Source of the DNA: Eledone cirrhosa
Taxonomy: Eukaryota
NCBI GenBank assembly: GCA_964016885.1
Contig: OZ024743.1
Coordinates: 228,036,001-228,100,000 of the forward strand
Direction of reading: 5' to 3'
Length of the DNA: 64,000 bases
A program made the translations under genes and the position numbers. Below, one piece after another: positions 23,930 through 38,167 of the stretch. The notes below the pieces were generated by a model that was not told the origin of the DNA, did not search any database, and was given only the letters and a program-made list of their open reading frames with translations. Within the stretch, counting starts at the first letter, position 1. Every line of letters begins with the position of its first letter.

Positions 23930-24168
23930 AACTAGTCGGTTCCCTTAAATGCTTTCGTCATGTTTTACATTATACCTTGTGTTAATTATTATGAGTTTCA
24001 TTATTTTGTATCCTTATTTATTTCAGGATTTCCCAAATTTTTATATATAATATCGTTCTCTTTACACTTGTTTTAATATATCTTTTTCTAGCTCCACATT
24101 ATTATAATGTTTACTGCGTTCTATACGTAAGCCCTTTTGGCTAATAAAGAAACTATCATTAATAATAA
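23930..24168 (+). mobile_element. Probable LINE 3' end
   Basis: T-rich UTR-like tract, taagcccttttggct hairpin, AATAAA, short (AAT)n tail. Confidence 0.4.
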
Positions 24169-24276
24169 CTGTGGCATCTGCACATAAATTTATATGATCA
24201 AACGTTAGAGTTTAAAAGCATCCCTATAATGTGTGTGTGGGGGGGTATGTGTGTGTGTGTGGGGGGGGGGGGGGTT

Positions 24277-24307
<31 letters not shown>

Positions 24308-24788
24308 TAAGTGTGTGCGTGCGCGTGCGTGCGTGTGTGTGTGTGCGTGCGTGCGTGTGTGTGCATACAACGCAGCCTCTGAATCTCTCTCTCTCTTTGT
24401 GGATATGTAAGAAAAAGATCTGAGCTTTCTTAATGTCGACATCATATCTTTCGATGTATTGTCGACACCAAGTGTTTTCACGGATCGGCAGATTAATTTG
24501 AAAATGATGAGGCCAACATGAAGTAAAGCAGCCAATCTTTCCGTTCAGTTGGAGAGAGAGAGAAAGAGAGAGAGAGAGAGATTCTAGCATTGGTAGGTAG
24601 GAAAAATACACTTCAGTCGAAAATGTAGCCAAATGTGTTAGTCCAAATGAATGAACAGTACCAGCAACTAATAGATGGAGAATCATATAAAGTGAACGAA
24701 TGATACCAGATACGAAATGAGAGGTGAATGAATACGAGTTACAAAACCAAAAGCTAAGATATATATAAGAAATGAATATTATTGGAAT

Positions 24789-24965
24789 TGGCAGTATCAG
24801 TAGAGGGTCGGACGCCATGCTTTGCAGCAAAGAGTTACGGCCCTTTATGGTCTGAGTTCAAATCCCGCCAGGGTTAACTTAGCCTTTCATCCTTACGGGG
24901 TCGATAAAATAAAGTACCAGTAATGCGCTGGGATAATTGCTGGCCTTGTGCCAAAAGTAGAAATA
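24789..24965 (+). mobile_element. SINE family A with 11-bp TSD
   Basis: attattggaat at 24778-24788 and 24966-24976. Confidence 0.9.
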
Positions 24966-24987
24966 ATTATTGGAATAACAATCATAA

Positions 24988-25680
24988 TGATAATTTCTAA
25001 TTTTGACACAAGGCCAGCAATTTTAGGGGAATGAGAAAGTCAATTATATACACCCAGTGACTAGCTGGTATATAATGTTATTGACCCCGGAAAAATGCAA
25101 TGTATAGGTTGAGCTCGGCTGCATTATAATTATTTCTAACATTAGCACAAGCTCAGCAATTCTGGGGAAAGAGAATGTCGATTACATCGATCCAATACTT
25201 GGCTGGTACTTTAGGTTATCGACCAAGGAAGGATGAAAGTCAAAGCTGACTGAGGCAAGATTTGAAACCAGAACGTTCTGCTCTCTAACGCTTCCGTCAA
25301 TACATCGCCCTCATAATAATTGTTTCTACTTTTTAGGGCAAGGCCAGCAATTTTATCGACCCCGTAAGGATGAAAAGCAAAGTTAACCTCGGCGGGATTT
25401 GAACTCAGAATGGCAAGGGCCGTAACAGTATGCGTCAAAGTATGGCGTCCGACCCTCTACCGGTACTGCCAATCCACGCCCTCATAATAATGGTTTCTTA
25501 TATAGCCACAATAATCTATGCTGCAAAGCATGGCGTCCGATCCTCTGCCGATACTGCCAATCCACTGCCCTTGCATCGCCCTCATAATAATTGTTTCTAC
25601 TTTTGGCACAAGGCCAGCAATTATGCCAGTGTATTACTGATACTTTATGTTATCGACTCCGTAAGGATAAAAGTGGGATT
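24988..25680 (-). mobile_element. Head-to-tail array of about 5 family A SINE copies or fragments
   Basis: Tail motif (tttcta..caaggccagcaatt, degenerate in one copy) near 24993, 25130, 25318 and 25590; junction cgccctcataataat three times. Confidence 0.85.
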
Positions 25681-26629
25681 AATGATGATTAAACGAAGTT
25701 ACTATCAGCCATTTCTTCGATAAATAAATCATATTCTGCTCACCCCAATTAAGTGCTAATTCAGATGATGTTTGTTCTATATATGCGTGTATGGAAAACA
25801 CCAACCTCTCCGTGTGTGTGTGTAGAGAGAGAGAGAAAGAAAGAGAGCAAATACTGCACATTAAATGAAATATATACAGAACATAGAAAAGCAGAGAAAC
25901 AACTGAGAAAGCAATGCTTGCCTCACCAGATTATATATATATATATATAGGGTTTATACGAGAAAAGTATGGAAGGCTTGAGTCTGCCTATCGGATTGAT
26001 TGCAGAGCATTGGAATGTTGAAATAAAGAATCTCAGTTTATGTTAGTGTTAGAAATAAAGGAAATTATATAATAGGTTTATGAATAGCCAAACAGATGTG
26101 TATTTATTTAGAAATTTTACCAACTTCACACCATCAAAACATTAGCGGAATGGGAATCATGAAATTTGCAATTAATAATTCGAAAAACCCATTAAGAGAT
26201 CAACTATTTGGGAATTTATTTGATTATATATATATATATATTAAGAAACTAAACAAACCAAGAAAGAAACAACATCATCAACAACAACAACAACAGCAGC
26301 AACATTTTAACTTTAAATTCGGTTGTTTTGACAACAATGAATGAGAAACTGATTTATCTGTAATTAAATTAAATTTATTGTTATTTAACCTAGGTCTGAA
26401 CAGCGAATATTTATAAATTCGTTTGTTTAGAAAAAAAAAATGATCAGTAGTTACATACATAAATTCACACACACATAGACGCATATATAACCACACACAC
26501 ACATATATATGTTTATATTAATAGGTTATTCATTATTCTCCTGTAGACGATTCCTGAAGAAAGATTTTGTCTAATAATAAAATGAGTAACAACATTTATT
26601 TATTTGTTATAACCGTGTGTATATGTGTT

Positions 26630-26915
26630 GGAGATTCGTCGGTTCCAGCGATGAGTGTTTCATTTGTTCGTTGAATTAACGTGCAAGTAGCTATGCATTC
26701 CAGATATACTTCTATGTGCCCTAACGATTCTCAGAGAGATTCATCATGACACTGTTTGTGAGTTTGGCAAGTAACAAATCTGGCTTTTTGAATTTACAGG
26801 TACAACTTATTTTCTCTCAGCCAACTGGACAGGAGCAACATGATACACATTCCTTTGCTCCGGGAGCCAACACGTCACCTAGAATGAAATTCGCTCATCT
26901 TAACCACTAAGCCGC
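26630..26915 (-). mobile_element. SINE family B, diverged
   Basis: ggttccagcgatgagtg, aattaacgtgcaagt, ctcagagagattca, tacaggtacaac, taaccactaagcc. Confidence 0.7.
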
Positions 26916-28161
26916 TCGTATTCGTTTATTACTGTCATGGAATTCATATTGAGAGCTGAGTTAACATTTGAATGAAAAACATATTTCTTTCTCGAACAAA
27001 AAAAAAAGATAAATGAATTACTATTAAAAATGGGATTATTTTATGTGTTTTATTATTTTATGTTACAGTTAAACATTATTATTTATTATTTTTGAAACGA
27101 ATGTAACATAACTGTTTAAATAATCGAATTATATATTCAAAAGTAAAATATTAAAAAGAAAATTTCTTTCATAGTTTAATTAGAAAAAAAATACATACAT
27201 ACTCATACACAGATTCTGAAAAAATGTTGCCGAGTTATTGCTTTTGAAAATAGGTTTATATTGAAATATTTTAATTGACAAGTTTAAGAGAATAAATTCA
27301 TATCAAAATATTAACAAGATTGAATAAATAAAAGGGTGAAAGTGAGAGGGGGGGGGGGGCTATTTTCATGCCGATCTGTATTGAATGCGTAAAATTTATA
27401 ATCAGTCTGTCTCTTCTCTCTCCTCTCTCTCTCTCTCTGTGTACACAAGGCCAAATTAGAGGTCACCTTTTCGTGTTTGCTCGTGCTGTGGAGAGAGAGT
27501 GGGAAGGGAAAGGGAAAAGAGAGACTGTTAAACAAAATATCCCTCTACATTATTTAAATATGTTCTGAAAACACTGGATAATGTAGTCTTTTGTAAGGAC
27601 ACTCATGCAGGCAGATGGGTGCGGTCCTTAGTTACTGAATGAAGTAAATATATGGTTTGACATATTGGCTTACAACAAACATTTTTTCCTGCCATTGTGC
27701 TTGCATGAGCTCTTAAATCCAATCGATTTCTTATATATATATATATATATATATGCAAAAGTTTTATTATATATATATATGTGTGTATATATGTATATAT
27801 GTGCATATGTATATATGTGTATATGTATGTATGTATATGTATGTATGTATATGTGTGTGTGTGGAGAGAGAGAGATAGAGAGAGAACCAGCACCAATACT
27901 TTTTGAAATACTAAGATTGAGAAAGTCAAAGAGTTAATTTTTAGCTTGACATGCCATCCACAGGTTAATGTATTAGGAACATATCAATAAACATAGGTTT
28001 TTAAAAGATTCGAGGACGCTGCGTTAGATTTTGGCCACTTATGTTTAAAGATAAGCCTGTCATCAGTTTCCAACATAAAAGACTTTCTTATCCCAAGACC
28101 AAACATTCACTTTTATCTTACTTGCCAAGAACTTCACGTATGTATGAATGTATAGTATAGT

Positions 28162-28224
<63 letters not shown>

Positions 28225-29457
28225 TATAAGCATTTAATGATGATAAATCATAGAAAGACCACCTGGACAATGTTACAGATGTTCTGCCCCATTTCTTAAT
28301 ATTCTTCTTCTTATTACTATCATCACATTACTTGTTTCAATCATTAGACTGTGGTGATGCTGAGGAAACATCTTGAAAAAATTGACTCGAGCATATTAGT
28401 TCCTGAACTTTCTTATTTCATCAATATTTAATAAAAATAGACATGATACAGACACAATAACTTACATATACGTCTATAAGTCGAAATTATTTTACTTGGA
28501 GGAATGGGACGCAAATTCTACAGCTAGCCAAAGGCGCTACATACCCAGGTGCCGGCTCTGCATACTTGTACGCATGTATGAATGCATTTGCGCGTGCACG
28601 TGCATGTTTTGGTTGAAAAGAAAATGAAAAAAATGGTAGAAAGGAACAGTCGATATCAATGGTATGGGTGTGTGAGTGAAACAGTTGACTATACAAACGA
28701 AAAAAAAAGAAAATAACTGCAAAAAAAAAAAAAACGCATATATTTACAGAGGCCATTTTAAAAAAAGTATCCCCAAGCTACGGTCGGACGAACGAATCAT
28801 TCTATAGCTAATTACAAAACCAAAAACATTGTCGGTCGTGTCGAGTTGCTAGCACAAAGCAAGAGTTGGTAACGCTTCAGCACTTGAACACGGCATGGAG
28901 TCCGCCAGCCAACAGATAGATCCTAGTGTGTATATGTGTGTGGAGGGGTGGTAGTTAGTAATAGGGAGCGAGCATGGAATTTGGCAGAGTGATGTTGGGT
29001 AAATTTTGAGTATAGTACCAGAACCGATTATTACAAGACAAGCGAAACTAGAGAGATGTGTAACCGTTATATATATATATATATGTGTGTGTGTGGAGAT
29101 CTGCAAGATGTATTAAAAGTAGGTTGTGCATTTGGTTGTGAGAAAATGCTTCAGTTACATTCGGGAAGGAGGGTAGGATAATAAATAGCAAGAAGGAAGA
29201 CAGACAGCGTGGAAGAGAGAAGAAAACAAGCGAAAGAAGCTGTAACATTTCTTTCAGTAAAAAAAAATCTATGTAGGTTTGCATCATATAACACGTCGAG
29301 AACCTCAATACATATAATCTTATGAACTCTGAAGGAATAATAATAGAAGAAAAAACCAACAAGGGGCACAGAGAGCCAGAACAACTACCGTCACTCTAAC
29401 GCCTCTGTCATTCTTCGCCATTAAAAAAAATCCTTATCATTATTATAATTATTACAA

Positions 29458-29683
29458 GAGTGGTTGGATTGGCAGTATCGGTAGAGCGTCGAACAACATG
29501 CTTTGCGGCAATGAGTTATGGCCCTTTATATTTTGTGTTCAATTCACGCCGATATTAGCTATGCTTTTCATCCTTAAAAGGTCGATAAAATATAGTACCA
29601 ATAACGCATTGGGGTCAATCTATCGACTTTCCCCTACTCCATAAAATTGCTGGGCTTGTGCCAAACGTAGAAACAATTATTAT
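29458..29683 (+). mobile_element. SINE family A (long-tail form)
   Basis: Head, core, extra ggggtcaatctatcgactttcccct segment, tail. Confidence 0.85.
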
Positions 29684-29996
29684 AACTAACACATACGCCA
29701 TTGCTTTTTGGACCGATAAATAATGTTCATAAGTTAATTCAAATTTTATGAATGTGTTAAATAGAACACGACAAGAAATATATATATATATATACACGTA
29801 CAAGGCGGTAAATCCTTGCTGAACTGGATTATTTCATTCTAGTTTCGATCTCAAATTAGAGCCCCTTTTACTCACATCATTAATGGTTTCAGCAATGGGG
29901 GGGGGGGCATGAACATCGCTGTTCTTATTAGATACTCAACTAAAACAAGCAAAAAAATAAATCTCAAGCACTATCAATGTCCTTATCAGAGACCAT

Positions 29997-30180
29997 GTGG
30001 ATTGGGTGTATCGGTAGAGGGTCGGGCACCATGCTTTGACGCAGAGTTACGGCCCTTGCCATTCTGAGTTCAAATCCCGCCGAGGTTAACGTTGCCTTTC
30101 ATCCCTACGGGGTCGATAAAATAAAGTACCAGTAATGCCACTGGTAATTGCTGCTCTTGTGCCAAACGTAGAAACAATTA
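29997..30180 (+). mobile_element. SINE family A with 10-bp TSD
   Basis: ttatcagaga at 29983-29992 and 30182-30191. Confidence 0.9.
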
Positions 30181-31026
30181 ATTATCAGAGATTAGAAAGA
30201 GTGTGAGTGTGATATAGATAAATATATAAAGAAACTGTGTGCGTGAGAGAGAGTCAGAGAGAGATCAACTGTTGTGAGAAAGAGTCTAATGGTCAGTCAG
30301 TAAGTTGACGGATTGGATTAAAATATTCAGCGTTTGCTGAGTCTCATTTAGTGTTACTATAGCTTGAGTGGGAGAACACAAACGTTAATATTGACATAGC
30401 ATGCTTTTGCTGAAACCAAAAGGATCTATATGGAGATAATAAACAAATAAATATACAGATAAATATATATAATATATATAATGCAAGAATAGCGGAGCAA
30501 CACCACTAGAAAGTGTTTGTTAGCAATAGCGGGTGGGAACGGCAAAAAAAAAAAAAAAAAATGCACGGCGACGGTTGGCTGGTTGGGTGACTGACTAAGC
30601 CGGTTTGTTGTGTATTGTGGTAGTGAAGGTGATGGGGCAAAGGTTTACAGTTTACTGAATGTTGTTAACATCCAAAAACCGCTCCTTATGACAAAAGCTT
30701 ACCGGATAATTTTTTCATATCGACAAGAAGGTCGAGTTAGTTTTTTTTTGGGGTTTTTATTTTTTCCATATATTTTCCCAGTGCCCTCCCCCTCTTTCAT
30801 TTTTTTTTTCTCCCTTCAGTCGAAGGAGAAGAGGCAAGAAGAGAGGTAGCAGATGTGGTGGTGACGCTATTACTGTGGTTATTGATACTTTAAAGGTTCG
30901 AGAAGAAAAAAAAAACATCAGAAGGGTGTGTGTGTGTGTTTGGGTGGAATCGGGGGGGGGGGGGGGGTAGAGCAGTGAAGCGTTGCTACATCATATGTAT
31001 TATGTCTGGGTGCGTATAAATGCTTG

Positions 31027-31062
<36 letters not shown>

Positions 31063-31415
31063 ATAAATATATAAACATACAAAAACATATATGAATGATG
31101 TATATACGTATTTGTGTGTGTGTATATGTGTGTGTGTGTGAATAAAGGGTCTGATAACCGAGTTTACGAGTATATATGAAGGGTAAGAGGGCAGATTAAA
31201 CTACCACAACATCGCAACACACACAGAACCATGCATTTCAAACAGACATTTTTTCTTCTCTCCTCTCCCCGTTCTTCAAGATAAAAGCTCATTGAGTGAG
31301 ACTAGCTATGGCTGTTGGTGGTAGTGTAGGTTGGGATGATGGAGGAAGGCGGTGGTGACAAAATTAGATCGAATATAGAAAAACCCCATATAAATTTCTT
31401 TCAACCTCTTTACTG

Positions 31416-31454
<39 letters not shown>

Positions 31455-31968
31455 CACATATATATTTATATTCTATGATCATAGTTTTTTTATATCATTT
31501 TTTATTATGATTAATATTATTATTATTTATATATCAATCTATTTTTTTCATGCTGCTGCTGCAACATATAACAAAGAAATATAAAATAAATATGGCCATT
31601 ATGCTTTTTAATGCACAGACATCTGTATGTACACACAGAGAAGACATAAGACTTACATAGCAAAACCATCGATCCTTTCTAAATGTTCGTCTTTCGGTAC
31701 TGTATGTAATGAGGCTGCATGTGTATATGTGCATACACACAAACGGATATATTACATATATATATATATATACATACATACAGATAAAAATGTACGTGTA
31801 TGTGTGTGTATATATATATATATATAAACAGGAACGAGCGGGTTATATAGTACTGGTTATGGTTTAGAGAAAGGTTGGATGCCAACATGGAAACAGCCCC
31901 CTCTTTCCCTGCCATAACTAAGATGAAAGATATAAAAGGTCAAGAATATAATGTCGACTGTTTATCAA

Positions 31969-32001
<33 letters not shown>

Positions 32002-32539
32002 CACATATATATACACACACACACATATATACACACACACATATATATGCAATTAAGGAAGAACATACAATATGTGACGTAGAGTAAAAATACTTATATT
32101 TATTAAATTATTGACACTTACATTACCACACACAAACAGGCACACATATGCATACATCAGGTAATATATATATATATATATATATATACCCGAAATACGC
32201 AAGGAATGGACGTTTAGAACTGATAGAGGGAAAAAGAAAATATATCATCATCAACAACATCAACAAGTTATTTACCCGAGTTAGCTAAAGCTGAAAAACC
32301 AAATAGCTGAAAAACCAAATAGCTAAAGCTGTGAATCAACATGAGCTAAAGCTCAAGTCACTTATCCCACCTTATTGCCTGTCTCTTACGCACCCCTTCT
32401 CTCTTTCTCTCTATTATATCTATATATATATACATACACACACACACACACACACACACGTGTGTGTTTGCGCACCTTTGATTATATATATATATATGTA
32501 GATTTTATTATTACTTTTGTCCCTCTGCTAATCCTCCTG

Positions 32540-32650
32540 TCTTATTGGTTCGAAGGAAGCAGCGTCCGTAACGGAAGCGGAAGTTGAACCGCGCGACAGG
32601 AAAGCTCTAGTCTCTACTCGGGAGAACAATGGACTAGAAAATGAGTCATG
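32540..32650. promoter_or_regulatory. Promoter/enhancer-like motif cluster
   Basis: ATTGG 32544-48, tandem ETS CGGAAGCGGAAGT 32572-84, ccgcgcg, TGAGTCA 32642-48; locally CpG-rich. Confidence 0.45.
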
Positions 32651-33810
32651 TTAATAATATACAGTTCACTCGAACTCCCACCGAAATCTCACAAGTTTTA
32701 TTACATATACTTTTGCACTATTATTTTTTCTTTTTTTTTTATTCGTCTAGTTTTCTTCGTAGAAAACATATGAGAGAGAGAGAGAGAGATCATTATTATT
32801 AGCATTCAAAATTTTATTATTATTATCAATATGCTTATTATTTTGTAGATTCGACATCTCCCTCTCTTTCGTTCTCTCTCACTCACTCTCTCTCTCTCTC
32901 CAATATCTATCCTTTCTCTGTCTCACGTATCTAACCTCTCTCTCTCTCTGCTTCACGTATCTACCCACTTTTCTATCTCTCTTATCTCCTCCGCCTCTGC
33001 CGCTACCTAAGCCCAATTTCGACTTCTGATGCCTGACTCGCCTGCAATATTTCAGAATCAACGCAACCGAGAAACAAAATAAAATAAAATGAAAAAATAC
33101 AGTCAGCTACGTACGTTTGCATATTTTTGTACTTGCTTTTCATTCTACATCTCTATATTTATTATTGTTCAATAATAACAACAATAACAATATACCAATA
33201 ATATAATACTAATACCAATGATAATCATGTCTTTATATGGAAATAATAATAATAATAATAATAACAACGATAATAATAATATTGATGATGATGATGATGA
33301 TGTTGCTAATAAAATAAACAAATAGGCTGCGCATATTTCTTTTCTTTCTGTTTTCTTTTTTGTGTCAAGCTATGCCAGTAATTGAAGTCATAACGCTAAT
33401 ATCAGTAGATTCCATAATTAACATGCCATATCTACAGCATTCCACCAGACTACCACCTCCTCATCCTCCACACCACCACCTAACTACCTATATATCAATC
33501 TCACCTCCACCCCTTCCCCATCTTCACCATCTATTCCTCACCTTTTTACACCCATCTGCCGCAACAAAGGTAGAAACACACACAGACGAATCCATTTAAA
33601 AATATACACACACACATACATACATACATGCATATAGAGAGAAAGACGTTTGAAGAGGGATAAAGACCGTGTTGTGGTGGAAAATGCAGCAAAATTGTGT
33701 AGAGTATGTGAAGTGAATTGAGTGCACACTGATGCGACGGTGTGAGAGAGGGAGAGATACACAGAGAGTCTGTCGATGGAAAAACTGTCGAATTACTCAA
33801 ATTATATTAT

Positions 33811-33858
<48 letters not shown>

Positions 33859-34138
33859 AAACATATCTGTTATATGAAACTAAAATAATATATATATACT
33901 ATATCAATACATTCATTTGTTGGGACAAAAGAAGGAAAATGTAATCATGTAATGTGGAAGCTGAGAGTATTTATAAAAGTTTCACTTAACTCCGCATCAC
34001 CACCGGTTTCAAGTAGAATACACGTATGCCATCAAATACTCTGGAGTACAAGCAAAACGAAATGGAGAATATAGTTTGGTATAATGGTGTGTGTGTGTGT
34101 GTGTGTAAACACACACACACACGCACAGAAGTGTATAT

Positions 34139-34208
34139 GGTGGATTGGCAGAGTCATTAGAGCGTCAGACACCATGCTTTACAGCACAGAGTTAAGTAGA
34201 AACAATTA
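34139..34208 (+). mobile_element. Internally deleted family A SINE (head fused to tail)
   Basis: ggtggattggcag...cagagtta joined directly to agtagaaacaatta. Confidence 0.8.
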
Positions 34209-34238
34209 GATGTGTGTGTATATATATATATATATCAA

Positions 34239-34312
<74 letters not shown>

Positions 34313-35394
34313 CGTCCTTAAGCATGGAAAAGCGGACGTAAAAACGATGGTGATGATGATATATCAACAACAATAATAATAATTATAGAGGTGATGAGTG
34401 CGTTTATGGAGGGGAATAAGGACAACTGGAAAAGAAAGAAAAGAGCTGGAACTATAATGTCTACGACATTCCTGGAACTCCGTTACATTAGATTCTATGA
34501 TGGCATGGAGTGGGGTTTCCCCTCCTCTCATGGTGGTCGGTTCTATTGCGTTGTTGATGATGATGATGACGATTGTGATTGGGACGAGGGTGGTGTATAT
34601 ATAATAAGTCATTGAGTGGGGATTCTCTACAGTGGTGGTCGATTTTATTACATTGATGACGATGGTGTAAGTGGTGATGCTGGTGGTAATGGTTTTGATG
34701 GCAGCGGTGGTAGTGATTGTGACGATTTATGCTATGGAAAATCAGTCAGCATGACTGTCAACCGTATTGCATTGATGATGATGATGATGATGGTGGTAGT
34801 GATAATGACGGTGATGATGATAATGATAGTGATGATAAAACGAAAAAAGGAACAACAAATAGCGCTCTACTCAATCCCTGGCCACCAACGCTGTTTAACT
34901 ATCTCTCTCCCTCTCCTCTTTCCCCGCACCAACAACAAAATACACACAATTTCAATTGCATATTTCCGATATATGATAGTTGTTAGGAATATGAATGGAT
35001 AAAGGAAGTAGGAGGGGAGGAATAGAGTGACAGTTCACTATAGTGCAGTACACAATAACCATTTGTTATTGCTGTTGTTGTTATTGTCATTACCGTTATT
35101 ATGACGACTAGAGGAGGGGAGGAGGAGAAGGGAAGGTAATAAAAATAAATAAAAGGTAGTCCACCTTGCGGTATTAAGTTAAGTCCCTTTATGTTATGGT
35201 TATTTTTTTTTTTATTCCATCGGGATCTTCTGTACTTTCGCTCTTCCAATATAGATGAAAATACGTATCGTTTAAATAATAACATATGGATCGATCATAT
35301 TGATTAGACATTTCCCTCAAAAATATGTGGCATTCTCGTATATGTGTTAAGTATATTATTATTATTATTATTATTATTGGCGTTGTTGTAGAAA

Positions 35395-35615
35395 CGGTGG
35401 GTTGGCAGACTCGTTAGTGTGATAGAAAGAAAATACTATCATTATTTGTTCGGGCTTTTTACGTTCTGAATTCTAATGCCACCGAGGTCAGCTTTGACAT
35501 TCTTCCTTCCGAGCTTGATAAAATAAAGCACCAGTGTAGTACTAGGGTCGATTTAATTGACGTTCCCCCTTCTATCCAAACTGCTGGCCTTGTGCCTAGA
35601 TTAGAAGCCATTATT
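35395..35615 (+). mobile_element. SINE family A (long-tail, old)
   Basis: Diverged head and core; tail ctgctggccttgtgcctagattagaa. Confidence 0.8.
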
Positions 35616-36382
35616 GCTGTCTTATATTTGCTACAAATCTAGCAGATTACAGAATCGAGAAAACGTCGGACAAAATACATTGAAGTATTTAGATAAATGC
35701 CTTAAGAAACAGAGTTAAAATCCCGCCATGTAAAAGCTATCAGCTTTTACTCTAACCAATAGAACCATTTCAATTTAGGAGGAAACACAAGCATTCATAT
35801 TTCGCTAGAGACTATGGGAGATTTCGAACCCAGAAAAAGAGATATCAATAAAATCTTGCACTGTTCTACTCTGACTTTTATCCTTCTGGCAACATTGGCT
35901 GTTAGTTATATGCGTTCAATTTTCTAGCGTTTCATTATGACCATAGACACCGTTTACTTCTGCTATGTCAAGTTATTAAAATACCGAGTGATAACAGTAC
36001 CCTGTTAACAGACGATTATCAAGGTACTTAAGTAGAAGGAAGATATAGAGAGTTCTGATAAGTTTCCATTTAAAAACGTGATATCTTTTGAAACACACAC
36101 ACACACACATATATATATATATGTGTGTGTGCCTCTGTGTGTGTTTTAGTATAAAATACCATAATACTTAAAACATTCACACATTCATTGAATGACCACT
36201 TAATACATGTGGGTGAAGTGTAAATTTGATTTTATATGTAGAAAAGTGCCAGAATATATATATAGGACATATATACAGTACGTTTATGTATAATAAACAT
36301 ACATATAATCTCATCTCATCTCATCTCACTTTGAGTATTTATATCACATCAGCATCTGTGTAAGAACGATATATGCGCGCGC

Positions 36383-36434
<52 letters not shown>

Positions 36435-37107
36435 ATATATATATTGCCTTTGGCTCTATAGTAATTCATGACTAGACGTCGATGACGATGATGATTAAGA
36501 GAAATCAATGTAAGTAATTACATAATTCTTTAATGATTGAAAACAAAACAAATGAAGGCAAAACATACACACGGTGTTAAGCAGCAGTACAATGCTTCCA
36601 TGAGAAAAGCAGCACATCTAGCTACTACCTAACTAACTTGCTAACAATGCTTATTAATTACCAGAATCTTAATTATGACCGGAAGTCAAGTTTTAAATTA
36701 ACAACCATCTTCTAGCTGTTTTCCATAACCATTCAGACATACGTCCCACTCATTACTCCATACACACCCACCACCCAGTGAAAGGTTATTTCAGGCTAAT
36801 TCTCCACAACACCAAAGAAACCAGTAGTAGAAAGACTAAATAGAAATTAGTCAAAAAGAGCATCATATTTTGAAGGAAGATTTTTTCATTGCCTTATTTG
36901 TTTTGTGATTATATATATATGAGACACACCAACCGAAAGAGATTTAGATTAGTTTCACCATAATTAGGATAATAGGCTAATTTAGAAGCAATATTATGTC
37001 CACAATTAATTAAAGGAACTTTATTGCTACGTTCATTACTAAAAGAAAGAAGAAAAATAGTTCGCACATTACAATTTGCAGAGGTATAAAAGTTATTTAG
37101 ATTAAAA

Positions 37108-37142
<35 letters not shown>

Positions 37143-37799
37143 ATAATGAAGAAGTTGGCAATAAATAAAGTCGATTGATTTAACACTAAGAATATAATGA
37201 ATATAATACAAAAGCCTTTACGTTCCAAGTCTGATCGGAATGGGAACTCTGAACAATATAAGTCTGAAAATCTTGTCTCGTTATCTATGATTCGTACAGA
37301 ATATACGTACATACACACACACAGCTCATATTCTGTACAAAATATACACCTCATTCACGCTGTCTCTCTTTCTCTCACGTACACACACACCACATATTCA
37401 AACAACAGATCAGTCTATTTAGTAAGGTTGATTGAATTCCTTTCATCTATTTTAGTTTCCATCCCCCTCTCATATTGCTTTCCCCTCTAAGAAAAAAAAA
37501 AAAAATCACCTATTCTAGAATCGTGTTTAATTTTCTTCTCTTCTCAAAAGATGTCAAATATACTTGACTTAAGTCTACAGCTGTTTTTGGTTCTACAAAT
37601 ACTTTGTGTATTTTGTTTTATCTTCCCTCATACACTCACAAACACACACAAGCACAAATACAAGCACACAACTTTAAAGAAGCAATCGTAGACAACTTTG
37701 AATTAAATCCTCATTCATGATACTTTAGCGACTCATGTGCTAGTTTAATCATATCTCTCTATATATATAGAGAGAGAGATAGAGAGAGATATATAACTA

Positions 37800-37950
37800 G
37801 TATCTTTAAGGGGTTCGCTTCGAATATATGTGGTTTCTGGTTCACTCCCACACAATGACTCCATGAGCAAGTATCTCATACTTTCGCCAGGAGCCGACCA
37901 ATGTCTTGAGTGGAATTTGGTTGTCAGAAACGGCAGAAGCCCATTGGGAA
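37800..37950 (+). mobile_element. SINE family C, diverged
   Basis: ggttcactccca..gagcaagtatct..gccgaccaa..tggaatttgg..gaaacggcagaagccc. Confidence 0.6.
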
Positions 37951-37974
37951 TTTGTAAATATATATATATAACGA

Positions 37975-38167
37975 AGTGTGGTAAGGAACCAGATGGACCA
38001 TAAGGCACCAGAGTACTCAATACTTATGGTAGTAAGTGGGTAATAGGAAAATGTTTGACCCCGACGGCAGAGCTCAAGCCGTTTCGACGGCTATTTCTGG
38101 ACTAATTTTAGTCCAGAAATAGCTGTCGAAACGGCTTGAGCTCTGCCGTCGGAGTCAAACATTTTCC

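Noticed and set aside
24238-24310. G-quadruplex-capable G runs
   Set aside because: Simple poly-G/(GT)n low-complexity sequence with no functional support
26553-26575. Isolated CTGANGA matches (also near 17875, 28060, 51520, 55820, 60180 and 61502)
   Set aside because: No properly placed GAAA, or helices missing; compatible with chance
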